A stretch of 64,000 nt of DNA from Antedon mediterranea. Taxonomy: Eukaryota > Animalia > Echinodermata. Below the pieces are notes generated by a model that searched no databases, was not told where the DNA came from, and worked only from the letters and a program-made list of their open reading frames with translations. Below are positions 25,801 through 38,500 of this stretch, piece after piece (positions within the stretch are counted from its first letter, which is position 1; the number at the start of each line of letters is the position of its first letter). The translations under genes and the position numbers were made by a program. The stretch lies in contig NC_092678.1 of the NCBI RefSeq assembly GCF_964355755.1, positions 14,844,371 through 14,908,370 on the forward strand, read 5' to 3'.

Positions 25801-26640
25801 CTACAGAAGTGATTCAACTCTACCTCATCAAGATTAAGGTCCTCGTCTTCAACAGTATCAATATCGGCAAATTCTTCTCCGTCTTCGATTCTGAGCCTCT
25901 TTCTATTAACGCCCCTTCCGTATTGTATGGGTACAGGCTGAAAACAAAAAGAGAAAAACGGTAAAAAAAATAAATAAAAGACGTGGTACAACAACAACAA
26001 CAGTAGTAAAGAAAATAAAACGATAGTTACCTCAATAATCGAAGACTCCACTGAATCATTAATCTCGACATTTCCTCTCAATCTCAAACATTTGGTGTGA
26101 GCACCAACACCGTACTATACAGAAAAAAAATAGATAAATTAGAAAGGAAAACGTATATAAACCGTAAACGCAGAAACACTTTGTAAATGCCCCAATTACA
26201 TAAACTACTACTTTATGAGATATACACGGTAAAAAAAAAAATTTAAAAAATAAATAAATAAATTAGAAAGAAACACAAAGAAGCCTTATAAACACACGTT
26301 CGGTTACACACAATCTACTTTTAAGAAATATACACGGTAAAATAAATATTACGTAAAAAATAAAATAAACAAACACTTACTTCTACGTCATCAATACACA
26401 AATTAGTCGATAGCTCCTGCACTATCTCAATAGCATTATTGCAAATATCCGAAAGTGAGAGGCTATCGGCTTCAGAAACACTCTGGCTAACATCCAAATC
26501 AAGATCCTGGTCATTAAATACGAAATCTTCTAGTAGTCCAATATCGGGGATAACATCGTCGGTATCGATATTTTCGACATTATTCCGCGATAAACTAACG
26601 ATAGCTTCAACTGCTCTCTGGCATTCGATAAACAAGCTAT
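22850..26640 (-). pseudogene. Polinton/Maverick-type protein-primed DNA polymerase B, frameshifted and internally deleted, with spliced 5' exons
   Basis: Exonuclease motifs FFDFEC, AHNFQGYD, FIDSLSFLPM, YCISDVDIL; polymerase motifs KQEASGWP, KLMLNSLWGKFGQ, YYDTDS, KNYAY; ends ...TVPYGY; SLYP motif region missing. Confidence 0.88.
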
Positions 26641-26869
26641 CGTTAGAATCGGAAGATGATATATATATAAACTTTATTTAGACACGAGACTGATGTGCAG
26701 TACAACTCGTTCAATCAATATTGATTGTTTTTACACAAGTTCGTGATACTGTATTACAAAACAAAAAAAATCAACACCATATAAATACAACAGAAACGAA
26801 AAAAATTGAAATTGAAAAGAAACAAAATTACAGCAGAATCCCCTTCATCTGACACCTCTATTTAGGGTA

Positions 26870-29800
26870 CACCATACCGGTACTTCCCGTGTAAACGGAA
26901 ACCCTTATCGAAGTGTATAATTCATGGGGATTCAACTGTAATACATAATAAATCTTTTGGATTTCATTGACGTTAAAATAATAGTGATAAAACACACGTT
27001 TTACATAGTATTTAGCCATTTTAAAAGTTGGATGTAGATCGTAGATTACCATACCATTATGTTTTACAATGCATTTTTCAGATACGTTTTAAACACAGCT
27101 GTTCCAGAAATATGAATTAAGTGCAGCGCCCCCAACGTTTCATAGTGTTTTATGGAGTAGCGATTCCGAAAACATATTGTATACAAACCATATGAGGAAC
27201 CCGGAAGCAATCAAGCATAAAACGACTGTTTTTTAATAGCCAATAAAAACAAATAAAGACCGCGAAAGTCAGAAAAATAATGAATATTCATTAGAACAAC
27301 CCTGGATGAAGGTGAAAAACATGTTGTTGTCGTTTTATCACGTGGATTTTAAGAGGTAATGTAATTGAAAATTGTACACCCAACGCCATTTTTTTTCTCA
27401 AGCGATACATTTAAAAAGTAGGTATAAATGTTGTTTTCCATATCAGTTTAAAAATAATTTTTTCTGTTGAATTCTTTGATATAGTTGGATACTTTAGTTA
27501 TCCTTGAATGTTTTAACAAGGATCGTATTCATATTGCCTGACTGGATTTTTTCCTATGCTAGCTTATATAGGCTATGCCCAGGCCCCCTTGCGTGGTTAA
27601 AACTAGCTGTGTAAGACTAATGGCTGTTTATTTTTAACACGTAAACATGTATATTCGGGGGGCCTGAGTGACAGTTGACCTGTTATAAAGCTGATTAATT
27701 ACTTGTTTCTGGTCCTAATTAAAAATTAGGCCTAGTCTAGGCCTAAGCTTTTTTAATAATCATTCATATTGGGAGAGGAGTACAGAATAGGCCAGGCTAC
27801 AGGCCTAGCCTAGCTAGGCCTATATTATATAATAGGCTAGGCTACATCATCAGCAGGTTAAAGGCTAGCAGCCTACCTAGCATGTCTTATTCAAAGATCT
27901 GTAATATATTAATAGAAAGAAGCTATAGAGTACTGTGACATTAGATATTTAATCATAAATGCATTATTTATTTCATATTTGTATTGTATATTTATTATTT
28001 TGATATGCAATCACAATCTAAATCAGTAAATAACATCAATTTCCGTTATCAATAAATAATTATTAATATATAAACCAAATTAAAATAAAATAACTGTTTA
28101 TTTTTAACACGTAAACATGTCTATTCGGGGGCCTGATTGACAGTTGACCTGTTATAAAGCTGATTAATTACTTGTTCCTGGTCCTAATTAAAAATTAGGC
28201 CTAGCCTAGGCCTAAGCTTTTTTAATAATCATTCATATTGGGAGAGAGGAGTACAGAGTAGGCCAGGTTACAGGCCTAGCTAGGCCTATATTATATATAG
28301 GCTAGGCTACATCATCAGCAGCTTAAAGACTAGCAGCCTACCTAGCATGTCTTAGTCAAAGATCTTTAATATATTAATAGAAAGAAGCTATAGAGTACTG
28401 TGACATTAGATATTTAATTATAAATGCATATTTCTTTCATATTTGTATTGTATTATATATGCAATCACAATCTAAATCACTAAATAACATCAATTTCCGT
28501 TATCAATCAAAAATATATATAAACCAAATTAAAATAAAATAGCTTCCAAAAAATTAAATTCAATTACAATTCATATACCATTTGTTAAATATTTACAAAA
28601 TCATTGTTCTAGCAATAACACAAAAAATACTACCATTCATACAGTATACTGTACATAATAATATGCAATACAGTAACAATTAACTGAGAAATAGCAAACT
28701 ATTCCTCAACTTTTCACCACTTAGTTACCGGCTTAGTTACTTCATGCTGGATCTCAGGTGAAATAAACGTCAGATGTGACTTCATGATATCCCACAAAAC
28801 TTTTTCCATGGTACTGCTGTCGAGGAATTTATTTTTTCTAAATACCTCGTCCGTTTTTGTACATAGAGGTCCTGTTTCAAATCTCTTGGTTCATAGTAGT
28901 TCGTTATATAAAATATATAAAAGAAATATGGCATTAATTTTTATAGTATTTGCATGTTTTAGACATAATTTTAAAGGTGTATAATGTAGGACTTTGATCT
29001 CTTGTTCTTTTAGATTTATTCTGTGGCCAGTCTCTGCAATCTTACTATGCTGTTTTGTCACAAGTGACACTGAGAGTTCATTTCTTAAATGCTCAAGATT
29101 CTCTTCTAAAGACTGGATTTTAATCATTGTACTTTGTAGCATGTCGATGTGCTGCAGCTTCTGATTTTCTCTTTCTGCTAGATGATCACCTGAGATTAAA
29201 CAATATGGTCAACCAAATGAATGTCAATCTGCATAAAAAATGAGCATCAACATTATTATATTTTTAAAATGTTAACAACTATTTCTTGTAGCAGATAATG
29301 ATAATATATGGATAATTCATAGGAAAATAAGTTCCAGCCAAAGGTTTGCTTTATTATGCATAAAAATAGGATAAACAATTTTGAAATTCTATGCTCAAAG
29401 GGACAATGTATATTTAAAGAGCAACTTGACCAATTGAGTTATTATGTAATGTCAATGTAAAGTTGAAACAATTTACCAGTCAAGATGTCAGCATCCTGTC
29501 GCATGTTGAATATTATAACATATTGACACCTGGAAAAATAGTTGATTGAGGAAATATTTAATAAAGAAAAGAGGTATATTTATAAATTACTGTAACAATT
29601 GTTTGTTTCGACAGTTATTTTATACTAACATTGTTCTTTAATATGAAGTACAAACACACATTTCATTGTTTGGAATGTGTATTAAACTTTCTAAAGAGGT
29701 GGTTATGATTATTTACCTACCCTGTTTAATTCAATGTCTACCAGGTATGGCCTAACAACGCTGTGCGATATTGTTTTGCTTCTTTTTTTTCACTGCCATG

Positions 29801-32207
29801 GTCTACAAAAGACTTGTAGGCCTTGAGATATCTACAGGCTTGAGGAACATTGTTGGTTCTGATGTCATCTTGATTACAAAAACAATGGATGCAACTGTAC
29901 TTTCCTTTAAAAATAAATCAATTTTTAAATCTACAGTACTTCAGTTTTGTGTCCAAACAAATCCAAACAAGAGAGCTAATAGCCAAAATATTAAACCATT
30001 ATTATGCTGTAAAAATGTATTAATATTAAGGCCTAGCCTAGGCTGTGACTGTCACTTAGTCACACCAGCTAGCCTAAAAATGCACCAGGAAAGCAATAAT
30101 TATTATTATAAACACATGCCATTAATTATTTGGTACCAGTTATAATGATTACATTTAGGTTTAGGGTAATTAAAGGTTTAACTATTACGAATTTTCTATG
30201 TTTCGGCCTAGCTTCATTCTAGGCCCACATTACTGTCACGGTCATCGCGCGCGTCAACGCACTTTCTAAGCCTATCGCCAAACCGTTTTCTCGCCGATAA
30301 CAATAACAATGTATAAAAGGGTTGCAAAATATGCGAGTTTTACTAAAAACTGAACCAGGCTATATTAAAAAAACTAGTATTATTTTGTTTATATAATAGT
30401 GATGGACTATATTCTAGTTCGTTCTTTTTCTAAAAAAATGAATTATATCCAAAAAAAAAGTAAAGAATACAATGATATTTTCTACTTACGATTGTTTACT
30501 ATTTCATTACACAGTTTATCTCAACTTCCTGGTTTATGTGCGGGAGAGTATTTCAGTAAAATGGACAATATCGTCGTTTATTTATTAATTTATAGTAAAG
30601 AAACAATAAAATATTTATTTTTTAATTGAACATACACTTTTTTTAATCGTTTAGTTTTGTATAAAATGTTTTTACAACATAAAAACTCACGATAGCGAAA
30701 TTTAATTTGCCGTTCGCGAAATAATGGTTTGTAAACAAAAATTATATGTCCGCGCGACTCGGAGGAGCCTCGTCTGCTAACACTGAGGGCGCTTGACTTT
30801 TTCTGATATCTTAACACTAGTTGAAACAGCTGTGTAAACAACTTAACTGATTTTGGAAGGGTATCAACATTGAGACTATTCCATATAATTGCTCCACGAT
30901 AAGACAGACTTCGTTTTTTAAAATCTGTTTTTGGCTTTGGGATGAATAGATGTGTATCACTGTTCCTTAGATTATAATTTATATCATTGAATGTAAATAC
31001 ATTATTTAGGTAAGGTGGGGCGTTATCTGTCAAAACCTTATATATAACCATACAACATTCATATCTTTCTTGATAAAATAAAGGTGACCAATTAATTTGC
31101 CTTAGTGCCTCACTACTAGGTGTGTCCCATGTTAGACCACACACGATTCGAGCTGTTCTGTTTTGGATAGTTTGAACTCTTTTCATTAGAGTTTGACTAC
31201 TATTTCTCCAAATTATGTTACAATAGCTCAAGTAAGGTATTACAATAGAGTTTGCAATATGTTTTAATATGTTTTGTGGAAAATAATAGCTACATCGTCT
31301 AAGCATACCCAATCCATTTAGAGCTTTACCTCAAATGTATTCAATCTGATTTTTCCATGATAAATGTTCGTCTATTATGATACCGAGATGTTTGCAATAT
31401 AGAACGCGTGGTACAACATCGTTATCTATATTAACTGATCTATTTTTTTCTTTGGTGGTTGCCAATCGGTTTGTCGATCCGATCAACATGAACTCGGATT
31501 TAGAGACATTTAGACTCAATTTATTATTTTTTAGCCAATCGTCGATTTGTATAAGTTCTTCATTTATACTTTGGTATATTTCATTTTCATTTTTTGAAGA
31601 ACAATAAATTATAGTATCGTCAGCATACATACTTATTTTACATTTGTTTGCAACTTTCGATAGGTCATTTATATATAAGAGGAAAGCAAGTGGGCCCACG
31701 ATTGACCCCTGAGGCACTCCACATTGGATGTGTGTATAGTCAGACAATGTATTATTTACATTTGTGAATTGCTTTCGCTCAGACAGATAGCTCTCGAACC
31801 ATTTTAAAACATATTTACTTAAACCATAAAGTCTCAATTTGCTTAATAGTATGTTATGGTTTACCGTATCAAAGGCCTTTTTAAAATCTAGTAAACAGAT
31901 TCCGACCAGCTTACCCTCGTCTATTGCACTATACCAGTCTTCCGTCACTTTTGTAAGTGCAGTAGATGTTGAGTATGATGGTCGAAAACCTGATTGATTT
32001 ATACATAACAGATTATTATTATTCAAAAAAGCATAAAGTTAATTAAAAACGACTCGTTCAATTATTTTTGAAAGTATAGGTAGGACGGAAATGGGACGAT
32101 AATTATTAGGGTTAGTTTTTTCACCATTCTTAAAAATTGGCGTGACCTTTGCTATTTTCCACGTATTTGGGAATTTACATGTTGTGAAGGAGTGATTTAT
32201 GATTCTT
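26870..32207 (-). mobile_element. 5'-truncated CR1/L2-group LINE, split by a Chapaev derivative
   Basis: RT motifs QSGFR, LLDFKKAFD, GVPQGS, YADD; ORF resumes across the insertion as SVKL-FKTYLKNAL* (27093-27064); in-frame stops; 3' boundary approximate. Confidence 0.85.
27094..30834 (-). mobile_element. Internally deleted Chapaev-type element, copy 1
   Basis: Termini CACAGCTGTTCCA / TGAAACAGCTGTG; TSD TAAA; residual transposase exons (KYSCIHC...SHSV; SLEENL; GPL...RQQYHGKSFVG); internal ~470-bp tandem duplication (~27622-28540). Confidence 0.88.
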
Positions 32208-33207
32208 GTAATGATGATGATGATACGTAATGAGCCATTGTAAAAAAAATCAGTAATAAGTCTTGGATAATCAGTAAGTAAGTGAATGAAAAATTACCCA
32301 CACTTACGTTGTTTTGATACCATCCCATGACACTAATTAAATTAAAAAATATATGCAAACAAAGGTACTTAGAACTTCCTTTAGGAAATGTGTCCGCTAT
32401 TAAGATTGGTCAAACAACCCTTAAATAATTAGGAAGACCTTCCCACAACAGTGACCATTAGATTTAAATAAAACCCTTATAGTTACTATGGACGAATGAA
32501 CTCGACGCAAACAAAGAATATAATTTATTCTATGACGCAACACAATTTCCACCATTGAATTATAATTCCTTTACTTCTAATTTGGCTATAAACATATTTC
32601 TACTGTACTGTAGTGTATAATGTTGTATAATGAAATAAATATTTGAGATTGAGTTCATGTTTTAAACGCTTTATGTAACGTCCACCAACCCATGATCTTT
32701 CTCTATTACTACAGCATCGACGATTCTGAATTCAAAATTGCTAGGTCTAGCCCCGTTAATCATCAGCGCACACATCCATGCAGCCTGGCTCCGTCGATAG
32801 GCAATCGCGATGTGAAAAAAATCCCAATTCCTTATACGATGACGTCATACGCGTACCAGCACCCCATTGGCTGATTATGACGTAATGCAATTTTACCGTC
32901 GGTACCTTTAGTAGACGGAAGTTAGGATACGGTACCGTATCTTTAGCCACGGCGTAATTTTAATTATAATATTTTATGATGGCCTAAAATGGGGGCTGTA
33001 TTTTATTATTTAAATTACAGTATTACTATTATTTTTTAATAATATATGCCTACTACTAGCCTAGGCATATATTCAGCCTACTAAATCAAATAATAAATGA
33101 AAAATAAAATAATAATACTGATTAAAAAAATGATTTGTTTGGGGGGTCAGATCATCAGGCTAGGCCGAACAGTATGGAACGCCTCCTCTGCCTTCAGTTC
33201 ACATTTA

Positions 33208-33489
33208 TCATGCAGTACACACCAATCGTCATGCAGTACACACCAATCGTCATGCAGTACACACCATTGGTCATGCAGTACACACCAAACATCATGCAGT
33301 ACACACCAAACATCATGCAGTACACATCAATCGTCATGCAGTACACACTGAACATCATGCAGTAGACACCAATGGTCATGCAGTACACACCAATCATCAT
33401 GCAGTACACACCAATGGTCATCCAGTACACACCAATGGTCATGTAGTACACACCAATCGTCATGCAGTACACACCAATCGTCATGCAGT
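33208..33489. repeat. 21-bp minisatellite (CATGCAGTACACACCAATCGT), ~13 copies
   Basis: Head-to-tail units with few substitutions and no spacers. Confidence 0.95.
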
Positions 33490-33597
33490 CAAATATTGCG
33501 TAATTTATACCGCCACCTATAGACAAAATCGAATATCACGTGACGTTTATTAGACTATAATTGAGAAGCTTCTCGCTCAACTTAATTTTATTAGGAG

Positions 33598-33960
33598 CAA
33601 CGAATACGAAAGGAAACTTTATAAAGCTTTTTTTCCTCACCTGTTATTACGCTTGTGCGAGAGCAAGTGAAATGGTACGGATCAATAATCCGGAACACGT
33701 CCTAAACTTCGCGACATTACCATATCACACACTAAGGTCACCTTCCATTAATTCCTTCATATTTCAAACCGGAGCTCCACTACTTAAGGAAAAATTAATA
33801 CGTTAAAAGAAGCCGCGTTACACACACCCGGTACAACACACACTTGTTCAGAATCGGAAGGGCCACGCAAATTTGGGACCTGGGCGCAGGTGAACAAGAA
33901 ATTAAAGCTACCGGAAGATGGATAAGCGACGCATATATACGATATATCCGACCCTACTGC
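33598..33960 (+). pseudogene. Tyrosine recombinase relic (DIRS/Ngaro- or Crypton-like)
   Basis: YERKLYKA/FFLTCYYACARASEMV (R box) and YNTHLFRIGRATQIWDLG...IKATGRWISDAYIRYIRP (H-x-x-R, W, Y); frameshifted, middle deleted. Confidence 0.75.
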
Positions 33961-35503
33961 GTAACTCTTAGTAATGACTAATAAAAATCTACATTTGCAT
34001 TATAACTCACTTACATCCATGCGTTTTTTTTTTATTCTTTCAGTATTGTTTATTGGCGATGTGTTAGTACAACTTTGCTCCCATTGCAGTGCACGGTAGT
34101 GGAGACATCGGATTAGCCTTGGGTGGAAGGTGCAGATGCTCAACATACTGCCATGAAGTATCTGCGTATACTTTCATGCAGAGCATGGTTGTATTATTGG
34201 TGATTTTTGTACCTATCAGTCTCTTTGGAGAGTTTCATGTGGGTAAGTGAACATTCTTCCTTGTTTCCTGCACTTTGGTGGGCTGCTCTTGGCGGTCTTC
34301 TTTATTTTCCTTAAATGTTGTGTTCCACAAGTTTCAAATTATTAGTATTACATTACATTCAAATGTCACATTTATATCAACATGCAAAGTATATATTATT
34401 ATTGCATCAAAAGCCATTACTTTATTTTTTTATTATCTATTATCACAGACACAAATCAACCAAACAGCTAAATGAAGACTCAGTATAGCAATTAAGATGT
34501 TGAGGTGAGTTATAAAGTTGAAGAACAACACTATAGGCATACGAATATTAAATACTTTTTTCTAACGAGGCTATAAACAAAGGTATCATTCTTTCGTTAA
34601 TGTATTGATGTAATTCATGCTATATCCGATATCTTTACAATTACAGATTAAAATACGCATTCGAGATTAATAACTTGCAAACAATTAAAGAATTATGTGA
34701 AAGAGAGCAAGATATTTTGAAAACCCAAACACAGGTAAAACAAAGGATAGGTTTTTCATATTATTACTGATAAGAAATTATTGTCATTCAATTAGTTCCA
34801 AGAAGACCATACATTAAGTAAATTGTAAAACGTTAATCATTATGCCTATATTCAAATGTAATGATTACTGTATAATACCCTGGATCAATAACACATGCTT
34901 CATTGACGAATGCTGCAAATTAAATAAATAAACTTAGTGACAATATTAATCACTACTTACTGTTAATGTTTGTCATATAATTATTATAATAATAATAATT
35001 TATTGGAAATTTCACTTTTACAACAGTGGCACACTTTGATGATAAAGGTGCGTCCAAATTATGAGATCGATGTGTACAGTTACTGTAGAGGGTTGGCCGA
35101 TTAGTTAGACGGTCAGAATGAAAGTTTAAAGTCAAGAGCCATTTTTTGTATGTGAAAAAAAAACTTCAAAAACATAATTGAGTTCATGTAAATCCAATCT
35201 AGTAAGACTTTTTCGAAATAATTATACAGATAATTCATAATGGTGACTGGACTCACATTTTTTTGACAATTGGCAATATCAACTATGTATTCACTTTTTT
35301 CACTTATTATTATAGTTATAACAATTATTTACTTCAGGGTTGTACAATAGCTATTTGTTTGTGAGTATAAATGTAACTGATTTTAGTCATGCCATAACAG
35401 TGTTGAATTTACAACAGTTGTCAATGTGACATGAATAAAAAACATGTTTACATTACAGCTGTAATCTATATTTATAAACTACATGATTATGATTTCTTTC
35501 TAG

Positions 35504-38500
35504 TTTGGAAACACTCCACTACATAGTTATTTACGATGTGCCAACCCTACAACAGAAATAGTGGCTTGTCTCATAAAGCACGGCGCATCAGTAACGTCAC
35601 AAAATTTGGTAATGTACCGTACACAAAATAATAATGGTCGTTATGTCGTTATTATGAAAACAGAACGCCTATCTGTTCCAGCAAACACCTCATTTCATTT
35701 ATAATTTGTCATTTATAATTAAAATTAATTATGTAGAATTAAATATTGCAAATTTTAGAAGCAGTTATTGAATGAAACAATAAACGAAGACATGCCATAA
35801 CCGACATGTGTTTTTAGAAACAATGTTACTTTGCATAAAGTAATTTATAACATCATTATAATCGATTGTCATTCACATATTGTATTACAATTAGAGTAGG
35901 ACTTCAATTTATATGTCCAGTTTGTTTAAGTTGGTTTATTATTATTTGCAGATGATGTAGTTTTATTTTCCTATTCTAAAGTTGGTCTACAAAATCAAAT
36001 ACATTTTCTTGCAAAATATTGCACTGTAAATAAGTTAAAAAATAAAGCTATGGTGTTCCGAAATGGTGAAAAATGGTACATAAATGATGTCAATATAGAA
36101 ATAGTAAAAGAATATAAAAATTAAGGTTATTATTTTAACAATAAGGGGATTGGAAAATAAACAGGCGGAAAAGGGTTATGTTCAATGTGAGAAGTAAAAT
36201 GTTAAATTTGGGCTTTTCGTCTGCAAAAATACAGTCTGAGCTTTTTGATAGACAAGTCGTTACAATACTATTGTACGATAGTGAACTTGGGTGGGGGGAG
36301 AATGAATGTAAATGTATTGAAAATGTACTCATAAAAAACAGTGTAAATTTGTTCTGAACGTCCCACAATCATGCCCAGAAAAAGGTGCGCGTAATGAACA
36401 AGGTAGAATTAAGATTAATTACTATCAAATATCGAGAATGATCAAGTATTAGATACAAATTTATAAAATGGAAAATAATAGATAACCAAATATATGCTAC
36501 CAAACTCAAAGATCGTGGGGGGGGGGGGATGGCAACAACTGTTGGGCGTTCGAAATAAAACATGTTCTGGATAATTTCGGTTGTGGTTATATGTGGAATA
36601 GTTTAATCAATGAAAAAATGTTACCTCACAAAGAATTAGGGATGTTGCATTGCAGAAATCAAATGAAAAAAATTAGTAATAATACACGTCTCAATTTTTA
36701 TAAAAATATTAGGTTTGACAATTTTTACGTTTATTATTTTTTAAGTTTTAAGTAGAGAACACAAATATCACGCTTTAGATAATCGTGCCATAATCTGTTG
36801 ATTTAAAGGGGGCGACATTTAAAAATGAATCGAGAGTGTAGAATATATATGTTTTGTGATCAATTAAGTTTAGAAGATGAAAAGCATTTTCTTCTTTACT
36901 GTCCATCTATATAAAAACATTAGGACAAAATATAATGTTAAAGAATATGTTTGTAAACAATGAAACCCAAATAATTAAGTATTTTGCAACCTATTTATGC
37001 AAAGATTATGAAAAGAGAAAAACCTGTATGTCCGAAAATATATAGGTTTTATTATGTGAGGCCATTGTTTTTAAAAAAAAAAAGAAAGAAAGAAAGAATA
37101 ATAAAATAATCAACCCTTGAAATAATTTTATTTGGGTCCTATTTTATATAAAGGCGTACATTTTCTTTTTTTGATTCAATCAAGTACGATAGAAAAGTAC
37201 AAAATAACAAAGTGCTTTACGACGTTTTGCAAGCGTACCGGTTTTCAAGTAGTCTGATTGTTAGTTGCGTTGATGTTTGTTAGTACGGAATGCTATATGT
37301 AACAAGCCAGATGTGTTGTACATAAAGTACGAATGAATGTAGCTGCATTTTATTGGTTTGTACACTCAGAAGATTTTGTCATAAACCTTGGTTTAATCAA
37401 AGTATTAAAAAAATGATTGAGAAAAGACATCGTGCTTATCGAAAGGGTAACCAAACAAGATACCGTCATTTTAGAAGGCTTGTTCGTTCTGAAGTAAGAT
37501 TGGCAAAATCAAACTTCTATAAAGAATCTATATCTTCTCTTAGGAAAATTGAGCCCCAGAAGTGGCACAAGAAAGTGCAGAGGATTGCTGGAAAATCAAA
37601 ACCGCAATCTGCACTTCTTGAACCTGGTTGTGACCCTGATGTTGTTGTAGATGTTGTCAACAAACATTTTGCTAGGATTTGTTCTTTTTTACCTGCATTA
37701 GATTTGCAAAATTTACCTGCCTTTCTTCCTTCTGTTAAGCCCCCTGTTATTTTTCCTGGGCAAGTTTTTAAACTTTTAAAGGGCATTAATGTGAATAAAT
37801 CAAGGCATCCTCGTGATATACCTCTCCGATTAATTAAGGAATTTGCCTTAGAACTTGCCCAACCTCTCGCTAAAATATTGAATTGTTGCCTCCAGGATAA
37901 TAATTTCCCATCTATCTGGAAGAATGCCATCATTACTCCTGTACCCAAAAAGCCAAAGGCTTCTACACCTAATGAACATAGGCCTATATCCATCACGCCT
38001 GTTTTTGGTAGAATTTTTGAGAGCTTCCTTTCTGATTGGATAGCTACTGATTTCAGACCTCTTATGGATTCCCAACAGTTTGGAAATGCGAAGGGTTCAT
38101 CACCGACTCATTACCTTGTTCAACTCTGTAATAGGCTTCTGTCAGGATTAGATAGCTCAGGAATGTATGGTACTATTTGTGCCATAGACTTTAGTAAAGC
38201 CTTTGACCGGGTCAACCATTCAATTCTGATTGACAAATTAATTGGTCTTAATATCATGCCCTCTATCATTCCAACGGTGTGTAGCTTCCTCTCGCAAAGA
38301 AATCAGTGTGTGCGGTTGGGCGGTTCAGTCTCAGCGCCAGAACCAATTTCGTGCGGAGTGCCTCAGGGTACTAAATTAGGCCCAATCCTATTTACTATCA
38401 TGGTTAATGATTTGCTCAACAATGTACCTGATAGATGGAAGTTTGTTGATGACCTGACGATTGGCGAGGTGATTTCAGTACAGAGACCTGAAGATAGTTC

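Noticed and set aside
29771-30629. Plus-strand ORFs repeated at 50065-50923 as conserved genes
   Set aside because: They recur only because the element is duplicated; the coding remnant is on the minus strand
30590-30834. C-terminal third of the 240-aa ORF as LINE protein
   Set aside because: Read-through into the Chapaev derivative; the LINE frame resumes at 27093
33208-33489. CRISPR array or repeat-protein gene
   Set aside because: No unique spacers, no cas genes, eukaryotic context; the ORFs result from the 21-bp period
34044-34505. Exon-like segments upstream of the ankyrin exons
   Set aside because: Splice-like signals exist but the frames contain stops and no recognisable domain; no model could be supported
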